Both the position numbers and the translations under genes were made by a program. A stretch of 64,000 nucleotides of DNA from an uncultured bacterium (lineage in GTDB: Bacteria > Patescibacteriota > Minisyncoccia > Phycocordibacterales > UBA9973). The notes below the pieces were generated by a model. The model did not search any database, was not told the origin of the DNA, and saw nothing but the letters and a program-made list of their open reading frames with translations. Each line of letters opens with the position of its first letter. The stretch's first letter is position 1. The stretch is from the NCBI GenBank assembly GCA_903869825.1, contig CAIQAL010000016.1:34269-98268 (forward strand), read 5' to 3'. This document shows, one piece after another, positions 1 to 9,975 of this stretch.

Positions 1-71
1 GAGGTGATTGCCCCTTCAACGCCTACATATAGGATAGCTATATTGGGAGAAAATTGCAAGAAGGAAAATCT

Positions 72-1820
72 TTAGAAAACTTCTTGCTGATAGCATTTAT
101 CACAATAAAAAATAAAATTTTCACTTGGATTAAGGACTGTTTCAATTTCTTTATTGCATTTTACACAGACTGCTTTGTATTTTTTGCCAGTTTTAACAAG
201 ATTCAACCTCCTTCTCATTCGGAGGAGTGGATGGATATTCGGTAAAGGTAATCCGGTTCTTCGGTAAAATTCAAGTTCTGACTGAGTTATTCGAAAAGGT
301 TTTCCGCTTTTTTCACATAATATTGCTTTGCTAACGATATCATCAGTAATCTCATTAATTGTTTTTGGCAAATCCGAGTATTTTACTATTTCCGTGTTGC
401 CAACATTTGTCTCCGGATCTTTGGCGGTATAACCACCAATTTTCTTAACTTCCTCTTCGCTTAACGGATAGCCATTTTGAGCCAAAGAAACATTATAAGC
501 TTGGGCACAAAAATTCAGACCAACTCCATCGCTATACTCTCCTCTTCCAAGCATCTCGAGTTTTATTTCATCAAGCATTCTAAAATATTCATCTTTTTCA
601 TATTGTTTATTTAAAATACAATAGGATTTATTTTGAAGACCAAAACACATGAAACAATTTGTTAAATTTTTCGAATTAAAAACAAAATCACAATCAACAC
701 AATACTTAGAGGACGCGGAAAACCTTATATTACTCGATTGCGAACCAACATTGGTGGTCATGTAAAGTGAACTTGCATGCCCTCCAGAAAACAGAAAATC
801 CATTGAGTCTTTATGGTTAATTGCCGCATCCGCATGTCGAACATTTTCTGAACCATTCGCGTCAATCACATTATATAAATTCCTGGAATTTTTTATATTT
901 ACACCAGAAACATTAGTTGAGGCAATGTTCCTGGTTCCGTTCATGGGAAGACTTCTGACTAATTTCCAGAATTTTTCTTCATAAGTAACCAAGTCATCAT
1001 GCGAGAGCGGATAAATTGAAGCAATAAATTTTTCATAATCCTCTTTCGAATATTGTTCATTCCAAATACAATATTTTGAATTTCTTAAGTTTACACAACC
1101 AAAACAGTTCTGACAATTACGGCAATCAAAAAGAAACATACTCTCGAGACAATTATTGGAAAAAATAAAAAATGATGATTTATAAATGTGATTCGAAGAC
1201 GCCCCCTCATATATAAATTCTGAATCATCTAAAATCATAGAGTCCATAACATTACGTACCCTATGAAGCATGGCAGAGTACCAAACATCTTCAGCATTAT
1301 AGCAACCAAAAGCATAATAAACATTTTTTGTATTACGTCCGCCATTTGAATAATCACTATTTATAGAAGACGGGTCACGATTCAAAAATGACGGCATAGG
1401 AAATTTCTTACGAAGATCAAACAACGTTTCTAGTGGGCTATCTCCTTTTTTATATTCAATCCCAAAAGAAAGTGCATCAAATTCATCACCAATAAAATAC
1501 TTATAATCATAAACGGGAAATGGACACTCCTCTGGAAGAATTGAAATCATCATTTCATTGTGCCCTGGAACATCACACTTGATTTTAAAGAGGTGTGACA
1601 TTGCCATATAAGGCAACCTGCGCATCCTTCTGCAGGTTGGACAAAAGTTTGGCGGTGGCACACGAAGAATTTTTAATAGTTTAATGTCTGTTTCTTCAAG
1701 ATTAAATTCCCCTTCGCAATATTTATGTACTCCCTGCCATTTACATTTTCGGGCATGAGGAACAAGAGTTTCCAAAACCTTATTTAAGGCACTATCAAAT
1801 TTTGGAGTCTTGCTTGTCAT
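72..1820 (-). CDS. Cys-rich repeat / zinc-ribbon protein of unknown function (CPR-type family)
   Basis: 582-aa ORF; CPTCRRMRR N-terminal ribbon, CxNCxNCFGCVNL repeats, C-terminal CxxC..YCDKCYQQEV; paralog at 33520-35171. Confidence 0.8.
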   Translation of the reverse strand: MTSKTPKFDSALNKVLETLVPHARKCKWQGVHKYCEGEFNLEETDIKLLKILRVPPPNFCPTCRRMRRLPYMAMSHLFKIKCDVPGHNEMMISILPEECPFPVYDYKYFIGDEFDALSFGIEYKKGDSPLETLFDLRKKFPMPSFLNRDPSSINSDYSNGGRNTKNVYYAFGCYNAEDVWYSAMLHRVRNVMDSMILDDSEFIYEGASSNHIYKSSFFIFSNNCLESMFLFDCRNCQNCFGCVNLRNSKYCIWNEQYSKEDYEKFIASIYPLSHDDLVTYEEKFWKLVRSLPMNGTRNIASTNVSGVNIKNSRNLYNVIDANGSENVRHADAAINHKDSMDFLFSGGHASSLYMTTNVGSQSSNIRFSASSKYCVDCDFVFNSKNLTNCFMCFGLQNKSYCILNKQYEKDEYFRMLDEIKLEMLGRGEYSDGVGLNFCAQAYNVSLAQNGYPLSEEEVKKIGGYTAKDPETNVGNTEIVKYSDLPKTINEITDDIVSKAILCEKSGKPFRITQSELEFYRRTGLPLPNIHPLLRMRRRLNLVKTGKKYKAVCVKCNKEIETVLNPSENFIFYCDKCYQQEVF

Positions 1821-1834
1821 TTTATAAATAAAGG

Positions 1835-3526
1835 TTACATTCTTTCTGGTGCCTCAATCCCTAGAAGCTTCAGCCCATTTTTTATTACAATAGAAAAAGC
1901 TTCGGTAAGAGCGATTTTATATCCCGAATCTAAATTATCTTTATCAACGATTTTTGTGCTGCCATAAAAAGCATTAAAGGCTCGAGCAATTTCAGTTAAA
2001 TAAACTGCTATATAGTGAGGTTCAAATTCTTCCGCACTGCGAGAAACTATTTCTGGAAAACGATAGATAATTTTCTCAACTTCAGTTGTTTGCCATTCTT
2101 TAGGAATTAAATTATTAGAAACAATTTTTTCTTCGAGGGCCTTTTCTAAAATAGATTTCGCTCGGGCATACGAATATTGCAAGTATGGACCTGAGTCTCC
2201 TTCAAAAGAAATTGATTTATCGAAATCATAAATAATGTCTCCACCGATGGCGTTTTTCAAAATAGAATATTTGAGGGCTGAGACCGCCACTTGATTTACA
2301 AATACAACTCCCATGTCTCCCCTATTTGTTTCTTTTATTTTTTCAAGCACCCTTTCTGAAATAAGGAAAAGCAATGATTCCGCGGTGACAACGTCCCCCG
2401 TGCGCGATGACATTTTTCCGGTCGGGAGTCGTAACATTCCGTGTGAAATATGTTTTGTTTTTTCTGCTAAGTCAGGGAAAACCTGCTCCATCGCTTCCAA
2501 GAGCACTCGAAAATAATCATTCACTTCGTTTCCCGTAATCACAATTGAATTGGTATATGGATATTCCCCGTATTTAATTTTGGCCAAGCCAAGCTCCTTT
2601 GCTTCATAAGTCGGCAACCCTTCTTTGTTTACAAACACTCTGGTGTGAAGACTTGGATGAAAATTCTCTCCCTTAAACACAATCGCTCCTTCACTTTTTT
2701 CAAAAACATCTCCAATATTTTTTTCAACAATATCTTTTCCGAGTATCCCTGTCTCGCTTTCAAAAAAATAAAAGTCGAACTTCGTGCCAAGCTTTTTGTA
2801 AATCGTTTCAAAATAGTCGAGAGAAACTTTTCTGCCAGGCAAATAAAATTTTTCGCAAATTTCTTGGTCATTTTGATATATTTTTTTGTTTACTTCTTCT
2901 ATTTCCTTTTTTTCTGTTTCACTTTCAAGATATGCTCTTGATCCTTTCGCATACATTTCTCCCAAATATGAAACGGTAAACCTGCCTTCCATTTTATTTT
3001 TCATCATTGCCCAAACGGTCTTTGCGACGTGAAGCCCTATATCGCCTTGATAACAAGCTCTTTTCACTTCCGCTCCACTCGCTTCAACAATTCTTGAAAT
3101 TGATTCCCCAATGGTATTACTCATCAAATGCCCAATGTGCAATTCTTTAAAAGGGTTCGGATCGGTGTATTCCACTATTACTTTTTTCCCCATCAACCAA
3201 TTATTTTTACCAAAATTTTCTTTCTTTTCTAAAATTTCTTCAACACTTTTTGCAAAGAATTCCGTAGATAAATAAAAGTTTATAAAGCCGTTCTTGGTTT
3301 CAATCCTGGAAATTTCTTTTGGAATACCATTATTCATTTTATCAACCAGATTTTCTGCTAATACTCTTGGGTTCTGTTTTTCTTTTTTAGCAAGAACCAT
3401 TGCAACATTGGTCGAGTAGTCTCCCATACTCAAATCTGCCGGGTGCTCAAGTAAAATTTCATTGGTTTCTATACCAAGTTCTTTCAGGCCTTCTTTAATT
3501 AAATTTTTTATTTTTTCTTCGATCAT
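1835..3526 (-). CDS. argS: arginine--tRNA ligase
   Basis: HIGH motif, KMSSR, GDSGPYLQY, APERM C-terminus. Confidence 0.98.
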   Translation of the reverse strand: MIEEKIKNLIKEGLKELGIETNEILLEHPADLSMGDYSTNVAMVLAKKEKQNPRVLAENLVDKMNNGIPKEISRIETKNGFINFYLSTEFFAKSVEEILEKKENFGKNNWLMGKKVIVEYTDPNPFKELHIGHLMSNTIGESISRIVEASGAEVKRACYQGDIGLHVAKTVWAMMKNKMEGRFTVSYLGEMYAKGSRAYLESETEKKEIEEVNKKIYQNDQEICEKFYLPGRKVSLDYFETIYKKLGTKFDFYFFESETGILGKDIVEKNIGDVFEKSEGAIVFKGENFHPSLHTRVFVNKEGLPTYEAKELGLAKIKYGEYPYTNSIVITGNEVNDYFRVLLEAMEQVFPDLAEKTKHISHGMLRLPTGKMSSRTGDVVTAESLLFLISERVLEKIKETNRGDMGVVFVNQVAVSALKYSILKNAIGGDIIYDFDKSISFEGDSGPYLQYSYARAKSILEKALEEKIVSNNLIPKEWQTTEVEKIIYRFPEIVSRSAEEFEPHYIAVYLTEIARAFNAFYGSTKIVDKDNLDSGYKIALTEAFSIVIKNGLKLLGIEAPERM

Positions 3527-3948
3527 TATTTTTTCCCGGTGGAACCAAAGGCCCCTTCACCTCGAGCCGAATCCGAAAGCTCGGCTACTTCTTCCAAGTC
3601 TACTATTGCCACTGGATAAATTATGAGTTGGGAAACTTTGTCTCCCTCTTCTACAGTATAAGGTTTATCGGATAAATTTACCAAGTGGGTATTGTATTCC
3701 CCCCGATAGCCCGCATCAAAAACTCCCCCCATATGAATAAGACCACTCTTCGAGATACTTGATTTATCTGCAACGATGGCCGCATACCCGGCTGGAAACT
3801 CAAGTGCAAAGCCATGGAAAAATCTGTGGTGTGCCATCGGTGGTATCGTCACTTCTTCCATCGAATACAAATCCATCCCAACGTCACCAGGGTGATAGTA
3901 CTTCGGCAGTTGAGCATCTTCTTTTAATTTTTTAATTTTGATTCTCAT
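3526..3948 (-). CDS. dut: dUTP diphosphatase
   Basis: GMDL, DAGYRGE, RGEGAFGSTG motifs. Confidence 0.96.
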   Translation of the reverse strand: MRIKIKKLKEDAQLPKYYHPGDVGMDLYSMEEVTIPPMAHHRFFHGFALEFPAGYAAIVADKSSISKSGLIHMGGVFDAGYRGEYNTHLVNLSDKPYTVEEGDKVSQLIIYPVAIVDLEEVAELSDSARGEGAFGSTGKK

Positions 3949-4420
3949 GTTTTTTTAACTCCATAAACTTTTTAAAATCATTTAAAAAAATTTCTGGTTT
4001 CTCTTTCAATAATTCATTTATCTCTTTTTCTGAAAACCATTTTAATTGCCCAACTTCTTCGTTTTGTTTTTTATATTTATAGTCGCTTTCAACAGTCACA
4101 GTAAAAAAATATGCAAAACAATCATCTAATCTTATTTTGGGACCAGGTTTTATCTTCAATCCCCTTAGGCCGATTTCTTCTTCCGCTTCTCTTAGCATAC
4201 AAGTCTCTGGTGTTTCCCCTTCTTCAACAACGCCTCCTGCTGCCGGTCCCCATAAACCCGGGCCATATCTTCGATTCAGAGATCTCTGGGCCAAAAGAAC
4301 ATTGCCATCTTTGTCCGTAACCCATAGCCCAGTTGCCCGAACAAGCTCTTCAATATATCTATCTGTTCTTTCTTTGTGACCTATTATTTCATCTTGTTCA
4401 TTTACGATTGGAATCCTCAT
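3932..4420 (-). CDS. NUDIX hydrolase (IDI-like)
   Basis: Nudix box GGVVEEGETPETCMLREAEEEIG; LLAQRS..PGLW. Confidence 0.9.
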   Translation of the reverse strand: MRIPIVNEQDEIIGHKERTDRYIEELVRATGLWVTDKDGNVLLAQRSLNRRYGPGLWGPAAGGVVEEGETPETCMLREAEEEIGLRGLKIKPGPKIRLDDCFAYFFTVTVESDYKYKKQNEEVGQLKWFSEKEINELLKEKPEIFLNDFKKFMELKKHENQN

Positions 4421-4423
4421 ATA

Positions 4424-5119
4424 CTATTTAACTATTTTTTTAACTTTTTTATAAATCATTTCATTAATTATTTCCCGGGAAAAAATTTCTCCGTCTTCTG
4501 AACAATTAATCTTTGCCCAATTCTTTTGAGTTTTTGCAAGCCAAAGCGCGCTTTTGATGGAATTTTCCAAGTGCTCACGGTCATTCTCGTGAACATCTTT
4601 GTTCTTTTTTAAATATTTTCTTTTCATTTGACTACTCTCTCTGTGTTTCAAAATTTTTAAAACAACCTCGATTGGTAGACTTAAATAAAAAGTTACATCC
4701 GGTCGTGGAATTCCAAAGACTTCGTACTCCATTTCATTCAACCATTTAATAAAACTATTCCTCTTCCTGGTATCGCTTATTTTCCCTCCTTGGTGAATCT
4801 GGTTTGCGCTTACGTAGCGGTTCGCAATCACTACATATCCATCTTTGAGCCAACTCTCCATTTTCTCTTTTGATTGCCAGCGGTCTGCCGCAAAAGGGAT
4901 TGAGGCAATCTTGGGATGAACTTTTAAAAAGTTATAGTATTGTTCGGAAAGACAGTGCCCAGTAAAAGCTCCAAAGAAATTCTCATAGTACCTTGGAAAA
5001 TCTATCACCTTTACCTTTCGGCCATCTTTTTTGAGACGTTTAATCAGAAGGTCTGTCTGGGTCGCTTTCCCACTGCCGTCCGTGCCGTCTATCACTATTA
5101 ATTTCCCTTTTTTTGTCAT
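4424..5119 (-). CDS. tmk: thymidylate kinase
   Basis: IDGTDGSGKATQ P-loop, FAADR, ANRY. Confidence 0.93.
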   Translation of the reverse strand: MTKKGKLIVIDGTDGSGKATQTDLLIKRLKKDGRKVKVIDFPRYYENFFGAFTGHCLSEQYYNFLKVHPKIASIPFAADRWQSKEKMESWLKDGYVVIANRYVSANQIHQGGKISDTRKRNSFIKWLNEMEYEVFGIPRPDVTFYLSLPIEVVLKILKHRESSQMKRKYLKKNKDVHENDREHLENSIKSALWLAKTQKNWAKINCSEDGEIFSREIINEMIYKKVKKIVK

Positions 5120-5145
5120 ATAGACATAATAGCAAAAATCCTACT

Positions 5146-6051
5146 TTAGGAAAGCTTGTTTTTGTTAAGAAAAAATATTCCGCTAAATTTAACGTTCGTT
5201 AATAAAAATACTCCTATCACTAAAAGTGGGAGGGAAAGAAGTTGAGCAGGACTAGGAGAATCTCCAATTAAAAGCCATGCAAAAATTATGGTAAAAAGAG
5301 GAGACAAACCATTGATTGCGAGGGCTTTAGTGACAGACATCCGGTGGATTCCTTCAACCCAAAGAAGCTTGGACAAACCAAAGATAAGTACCCCGTTCAA
5401 AAGAAGCCACCAAAAGCTATTCCCAACTAACGGCTTGGTCAAAGAAGAGGTTCCGATAAAAAAAGTCAAAAGAAACAAAAAAGGCAAAGTAAGAATGCAT
5501 CTTATCAACATCATGGTTTCGCTCGAAGCAATGTTCCGAGCTTTTTGTTGATACCAGTTTCCCACAGGAGCCGAAAAGGTCGCTAACAAAATAAAAATGT
5601 CTCCACTGTGAAAATGTCCGAACTTGGGAATAAAAATAAGCAAAGCCCCGCAAGTGGCAAAAATAATTCCTAATATATATTTCCTTTGCATCACTTCTTT
5701 GTGAATAATTTGAAAAAATACATAGGAAGTTACAACTTCAAACAAAGCGACAATCGCTCCATTTGCAGAGACAGTTTTCGTTAAGCCATAAAAAAATAGT
5801 CCGTAAAAAATAACCCCAATAAAAATCGATGTCCCTAAAGAGTATTTCCAAATTTGTAAGTTTTTGAATTCGCTCCATTTATTTCTATAAATTATTATAG
5901 CCAAAAAAAATAAAGCAGAAAAAAATGTCGCCCAAAACAAACCGACGATACTTGAGGTCCCTTTTAAACCAAGGATTGTGACTATCGGGAACAAAGACCA
6001 AATCAACCCTTCGGAAATTATTAACGCATTCCCCTTTTGTCCTTCAGTCAT
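5146..6051 (-). CDS. DMT/EamA family transporter
   Basis: about 10 hydrophobic helices in two repeats; LSPLFTIIFAWLLIGD. Confidence 0.88.
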   Translation of the reverse strand: MTEGQKGNALIISEGLIWSLFPIVTILGLKGTSSIVGLFWATFFSALFFLAIIIYRNKWSEFKNLQIWKYSLGTSIFIGVIFYGLFFYGLTKTVSANGAIVALFEVVTSYVFFQIIHKEVMQRKYILGIIFATCGALLIFIPKFGHFHSGDIFILLATFSAPVGNWYQQKARNIASSETMMLIRCILTLPFLFLLTFFIGTSSLTKPLVGNSFWWLLLNGVLIFGLSKLLWVEGIHRMSVTKALAINGLSPLFTIIFAWLLIGDSPSPAQLLSLPLLVIGVFLLTNVKFSGIFFLNKNKLS

Positions 6052-6056
6052 AGGAT

Positions 6057-6605
6057 TTATTCTTCTTTCCCTTTAATTTTTTTATAAATTTCTGGCTTAA
6101 ATAGCCTTAAATATTCCATGCGCTTGGCCGGTAATTTTTTTAATTCAAGATTATATTCTTTTGCAAAATTTATAATTTTATTTTGCGCATTTTCTATTTC
6201 TTCTTCTTTTTCTACCATTAACTCAATTTCGCATAATCTGTAACCAAAATCCATTTCGTCAAAATCGATTTTGAACTCACCTTTTTTGTATTCTTTCCGC
6301 TTGTTTGTGTAGTCGGTAACCAGTATCAAATTTTTTTTAACAAATTCTTCCAAATCTTCGGCCTTTAAATATTTTTTTATTTCTTCTTCTTCTTCGATCT
6401 CTATGTGGGCACCGACTGTTTTTTTTATTTTCAATTCAAAAGAGTTGTTTCTTCTTCGAAATCTTGTTTGATTAGTAAAAAATCTAAAATCAGGATAATC
6501 ATAATATATGTCATGGATTATTTTTTCACCTAAAAATTCCGCCCCTTCCAAGAGTTTTTCTAGTTGTTCCTCGGTAGGCTGAAATTTTCTTTCAACTTCA
6601 ATCAT
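6057..6605 (-). CDS. CYTH-domain protein
   Basis: EVERKF N-terminal ExExK motif, DIYYD, CEIE; start moved to ATG at 6605 to avoid overlap with glyA. Confidence 0.85.
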   Translation of the reverse strand: MIEVERKFQPTEEQLEKLLEGAEFLGEKIIHDIYYDYPDFRFFTNQTRFRRRNNSFELKIKKTVGAHIEIEEEEEIKKYLKAEDLEEFVKKNLILVTDYTNKRKEYKKGEFKIDFDEMDFGYRLCEIELMVEKEEEIENAQNKIINFAKEYNLELKKLPAKRMEYLRLFKPEIYKKIKGKEE

Positions 6606-6609
6606 TTTT

Positions 6610-7854
6610 TTACACAAACCGCTTTGGTATTGGAAACTTTTTGGCAAGAGATTTGATTTCTTTGTGAGCTGCGTCTTTTATTTTCTTATTGTCTTTGTTT
6701 TTGAGAACTAGGAGCATTAGTTCCGCCACTCGTTTGCATTCTTTCTCTTTAAAACCTCGAGTCGTAATGGCCGGCGTTCCAAAGCGAATCCCTGAAGGAT
6801 CCATCGGTTTTCGGGTATCACCCGCAACCGAATTCATATTGAGAGTTATTCCTACTTCATCAAGCACAGTCTGTGCTTCTTTTCCAGTCACTCCGAGTGA
6901 ACCGAAAACATCAGCCAAAATAAGGTGGTTGTCGGTACCACCACCGATCATCCGGACATTATTTTTTTTGAAAACAGCCTCCATCGCTTTCGCATTTTTC
7001 AAAACCTGAGTCGCGTATTTTTTATATTTCGGTTTCATCGCTTCACCGAAAGCCACCGCTTTCGCAGCAATCGTGTGCATATGCGGACCCCCTTGAATTC
7101 CAGGGAAAACGGACTTATCGATTTTCTTTGCAATTTCTTCGTTGTCCCGAGTTAAAATTATTCCTCCGCGTGGTCCGCGAAGAGTTTTATGGGTAGTGGA
7201 AGTAATGATATCAAAACCATCCTGAAATGGATTCCTGAGTACCCCAGCAGCTATCAATCCGGCAATGTGCGCCATATCTGCCATCGTCACTGCTCCGACT
7301 TCGTGCGCAATCGCGACAAATTTTTTGTAATCCAAGTTACGAGAATAAGCGGAAAAACCGGCTAAAATAATTTTTGGTTTGGTTTCCAAGGCTACTCGGC
7401 GAAGATCTTCATAATCAATTTCGCCAGTTTCAATATTTTTCATTTTGTAACCGACAAATTTATAAATCTTTGCCGGCAGAGTGAGCGGATGCCCGTGAGT
7501 CAAATGTCCTCCGTGAGATAAATCCATTCCGAGAATTGTATCCCCGGGCGCAAGTAAGGCTGCATAGACCGCCAAGTTTGCCGGCGCACCGGAGTGCGGT
7601 TGCACATTCGCAAATTTACATTTAAATAATTTACAAACTCGTTCTATTGCGAGCCTTTCCACTTGGTCGGTAAAATCTTGTCCGCCATAATATCTGCGTC
7701 CCGGATATCCTTCGGAATATTTATTGGTAAAAATAGAACCGTTCGCTTTTAATACATCTTCGGAAACATAGTTTTCAGATGGAATGAGTTCCAGCCCCTC
7801 TGATTGCCTTTTCGCCTCCGCTTTTATAAGTTTTTCTATTTGTTTGTCTTGCAT
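6610..7854 (-). CDS. glyA: serine hydroxymethyltransferase
   Basis: LIPSEN, YSEGYPGRRYYGG, TTHKTLRGPRGG. Confidence 0.99.
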   Translation of the reverse strand: MQDKQIEKLIKAEAKRQSEGLELIPSENYVSEDVLKANGSIFTNKYSEGYPGRRYYGGQDFTDQVERLAIERVCKLFKCKFANVQPHSGAPANLAVYAALLAPGDTILGMDLSHGGHLTHGHPLTLPAKIYKFVGYKMKNIETGEIDYEDLRRVALETKPKIILAGFSAYSRNLDYKKFVAIAHEVGAVTMADMAHIAGLIAAGVLRNPFQDGFDIITSTTHKTLRGPRGGIILTRDNEEIAKKIDKSVFPGIQGGPHMHTIAAKAVAFGEAMKPKYKKYATQVLKNAKAMEAVFKKNNVRMIGGGTDNHLILADVFGSLGVTGKEAQTVLDEVGITLNMNSVAGDTRKPMDPSGIRFGTPAITTRGFKEKECKRVAELMLLVLKNKDNKKIKDAAHKEIKSLAKKFPIPKRFV

Positions 7855-8234
7855 AATTCTATCTTATCACATTTTATTATGATTGTACCAAGCTGTTCCG
7901 TTCGGAGTATTTTCACCTTAAATTGGGTAAGTGAACTTAGAATTTCTTCAATCAAATGTCCATATTTATTATCTTCCCCGACCGAAATGAATATGGCCTT
8001 CGGAGAAACAGTCCTGAAAAATTCCGACGAAAATTTCCCCGGGCGAACTGGCATCGATAAGCACTTGCGTTCCGATCGATGGCTCGACAAAAAGCGCATC
8101 ACCTTTCCTTGTATCAGGCATGGCAAAAGTAAACTTACGATGGGAGCTTTACCAATCGAGATAAAGATAGGTTATCCCAATTAGAAGAAAAAAGTGAAAA
8201 CAAATAAATAAAAATTTTTTGCTTTCCCGAGCGT
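7836..8234 (-). pseudogene. ComEC-related MBL-fold protein remnant (internal deletion, stop, frameshifts)
   Basis: One frame reads LDW*SSHRKFTFAMPDTRKGDALFVEPSIGTQVLIDA (cf. LDVGQGDA..LIDGG); another reads ISVGEDNKYGH..ILRTEQLGTI; the HxHxDH core is absent. Confidence 0.8.
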
Positions 8235-8292
8235 AGAATAATTCTAACACTAAATTCATCAATTCTTAATTGAGTTAGGGTATAATACATTA

Positions 8293-8889
8293 ATGGAAAA
8301 ATTTAAAGAACTAAAATTTAATATTGGGGAATTAAAAGGTCTCTCTGCTAAAAACATAGAAGAGCATCTGAAGCTTTATGCGGGTTATGTAAAAAACATT
8401 AACTCGATATTTGAAAAGTTGAGAGAATATATGATGGACCAGGAAAAAAATGCACAAGTGATAGGTGAGCTCCAACGCCGGATTGGTTTTGAGTTTAACG
8501 GCATGCGCAATCATGAATATTATTTCCGGTCTTTGGAAGGGGGACCAAAACTTCTGCCGGAGGGTTCTCATTTTAAGAAAGCACTCGAAGGTGTAGCTCC
8601 TTCTTTTGCTGCAGCTATCGCCGGATTTAAAACTTTGGCTATTACTAGGGGTATCGGCTGGGCAGTTCTTTGCTGGGACCACGAAACAAAACAGTTACTG
8701 CCAACTTGGATTGACGAGCAACATATGGGCCAATTAAATGGCCTCAAATGGATACTTTGTATTGATATGTGGGAACATGCATATGTCTATGATTATCCAA
8801 CTTCCGAAAAGAAAAAATACATTGATGCTTTTTTTGATAACCTCAATTGGGAGGTGATTGAGAAAAATTTTATAGAGGCTCAAAAGTAA
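8293..8889 (+). CDS. Fe/Mn superoxide dismutase
   Basis: EEHLKLYAGYV, NHEYYF, GIGW, DMWEHAY. Confidence 0.93.
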   Translation: MEKFKELKFNIGELKGLSAKNIEEHLKLYAGYVKNINSIFEKLREYMMDQEKNAQVIGELQRRIGFEFNGMRNHEYYFRSLEGGPKLLPEGSHFKKALEGVAPSFAAAIAGFKTLAITRGIGWAVLCWDHETKQLLPTWIDEQHMGQLNGLKWILCIDMWEHAYVYDYPTSEKKKYIDAFFDNLNWEVIEKNFIEAQK

Positions 8890-9198
8890 AAACTTTTTGA
8901 TTTCTCGACCGAGGAGACTGTAGATAAAATACGCATACATAGCGAGAGTGATAAGGAGTGGAAAGTTCGGTATGGAGAATGAAGTAAATGAAAGATTGGA
9001 AAAGAAACTGATTACCGAAAGTTCGTAATGCAAAAATATACCAAAATAAACCGACGAACCCGGTGAGAAACCCGAGTAACATAGTAAACGGGATAAATCG
9101 CAAGGTCAAAACATTCGAGGGGAGAGCAACAAGCGACAGCAAAAGTACCCAAAAAATAAAACCAAAACATATTACATAAAAAGATTTTATCTTTTTAT
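8880..9198 (-). pseudogene. comEC: ComEC/Rec2 competence channel remnant (large internal deletion, frameshift)
   Basis: FYVICFGFIFWVLL fused directly to LSLVALPSNVL..FIPFTMLLGFLTG, then a shifted frame LHYELSVISFFSNLSFTSFSIP typical of the ComEC C-terminal helices; lies near the MBL remnant; boundaries approximate. Confidence 0.7.
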
Positions 9199-9210
9199 GT
9201 CCTTCAAAAT

Positions 9211-9969
9211 TTAAAGTAATAATTTTAAGGACCACTCGGCAACCAAGTCACTTTCTTCTTCTTTTGAAAATACTTTCTTGTATTTGGCACCCGATTTACC
9301 CTTTACCCGCTTTTCACATTCCGCCCAGGTTTTATCCGAATGCACCTTCCCTTCAACTGCCGAAATATAAGCAAAAGCTACTTTCCCGGCATTTTTTGAT
9401 TTTGCTTTCTTGGCAACTCCCGACACTGTTCCAACAGCATGATTGGTAGGAATTTTTCCAAAAAGTTTTTCGTAATCTTTCAAGTTTCCTCTAAAGAGTA
9501 TTGTGGTGTTGTTCCCGGCAAAACTCGTGGCTATCACATCACACCTTTCATTCAAATGAACTCCGGAGTGTCCTGAAATTTTTTCCCAAAGAACTTCATA
9601 TTTTGTTTTCAAACTAAAATCAAGTTTAAAAAGTTCTTCCCAAAGATCTTTGTTTAAAACCGGCTCTTTCGTTTTCGTCAGCCAATTGTTTTTCTGCCAG
9701 GCATATACCCACACTGTAATGCCGTTCAAGAGGTATGATGAATCAGTGTGAAGAATAATTTTTCTTGCTGTTGATTTTCTTTTCGAAATTTCTTTTAATG
9801 CCTCAAGCGCCGCTGTCATTTCCATCCGATTGTTAGTGGATTCTTTTTCTCTTCCGCCAAGCTCAATAACTTTTTCGTCTGGAAACAATACTACACTTCC
9901 CCAGCCTCCCGGACCTGGATTCCCGAGAGATGAACCGTCAGTATAAATTATGACTTCATTCTTTTTCAT
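9211..9969 (-). CDS. rnhA: ribonuclease HI with C-terminal viroplasmin-like hybrid-binding domain
   Basis: YTDGSSLGNPGPGGWG, TNNRME, GHSG..NERCD; C-terminal TWAECEKRVKG..AKYKK. Confidence 0.95.
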   Translation of the reverse strand: MKKNEVIIYTDGSSLGNPGPGGWGSVVLFPDEKVIELGGREKESTNNRMEMTAALEALKEISKRKSTARKIILHTDSSYLLNGITVWVYAWQKNNWLTKTKEPVLNKDLWEELFKLDFSLKTKYEVLWEKISGHSGVHLNERCDVIATSFAGNNTTILFRGNLKDYEKLFGKIPTNHAVGTVSGVAKKAKSKNAGKVAFAYISAVEGKVHSDKTWAECEKRVKGKSGAKYKKVFSKEEESDLVAEWSLKLLL

Positions 9970-9975
9970 AAGTTC

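Noticed and set aside
1-50. GC-richer stretch at the window edge, possibly the start of an RNA gene on the minus strand
   Set aside because: Too short and truncated to identify
8870-9235. 121-aa membrane ORF as an intact gene
   Set aside because: Better explained as a chance reading through the comEC remnant; its tail switches frame
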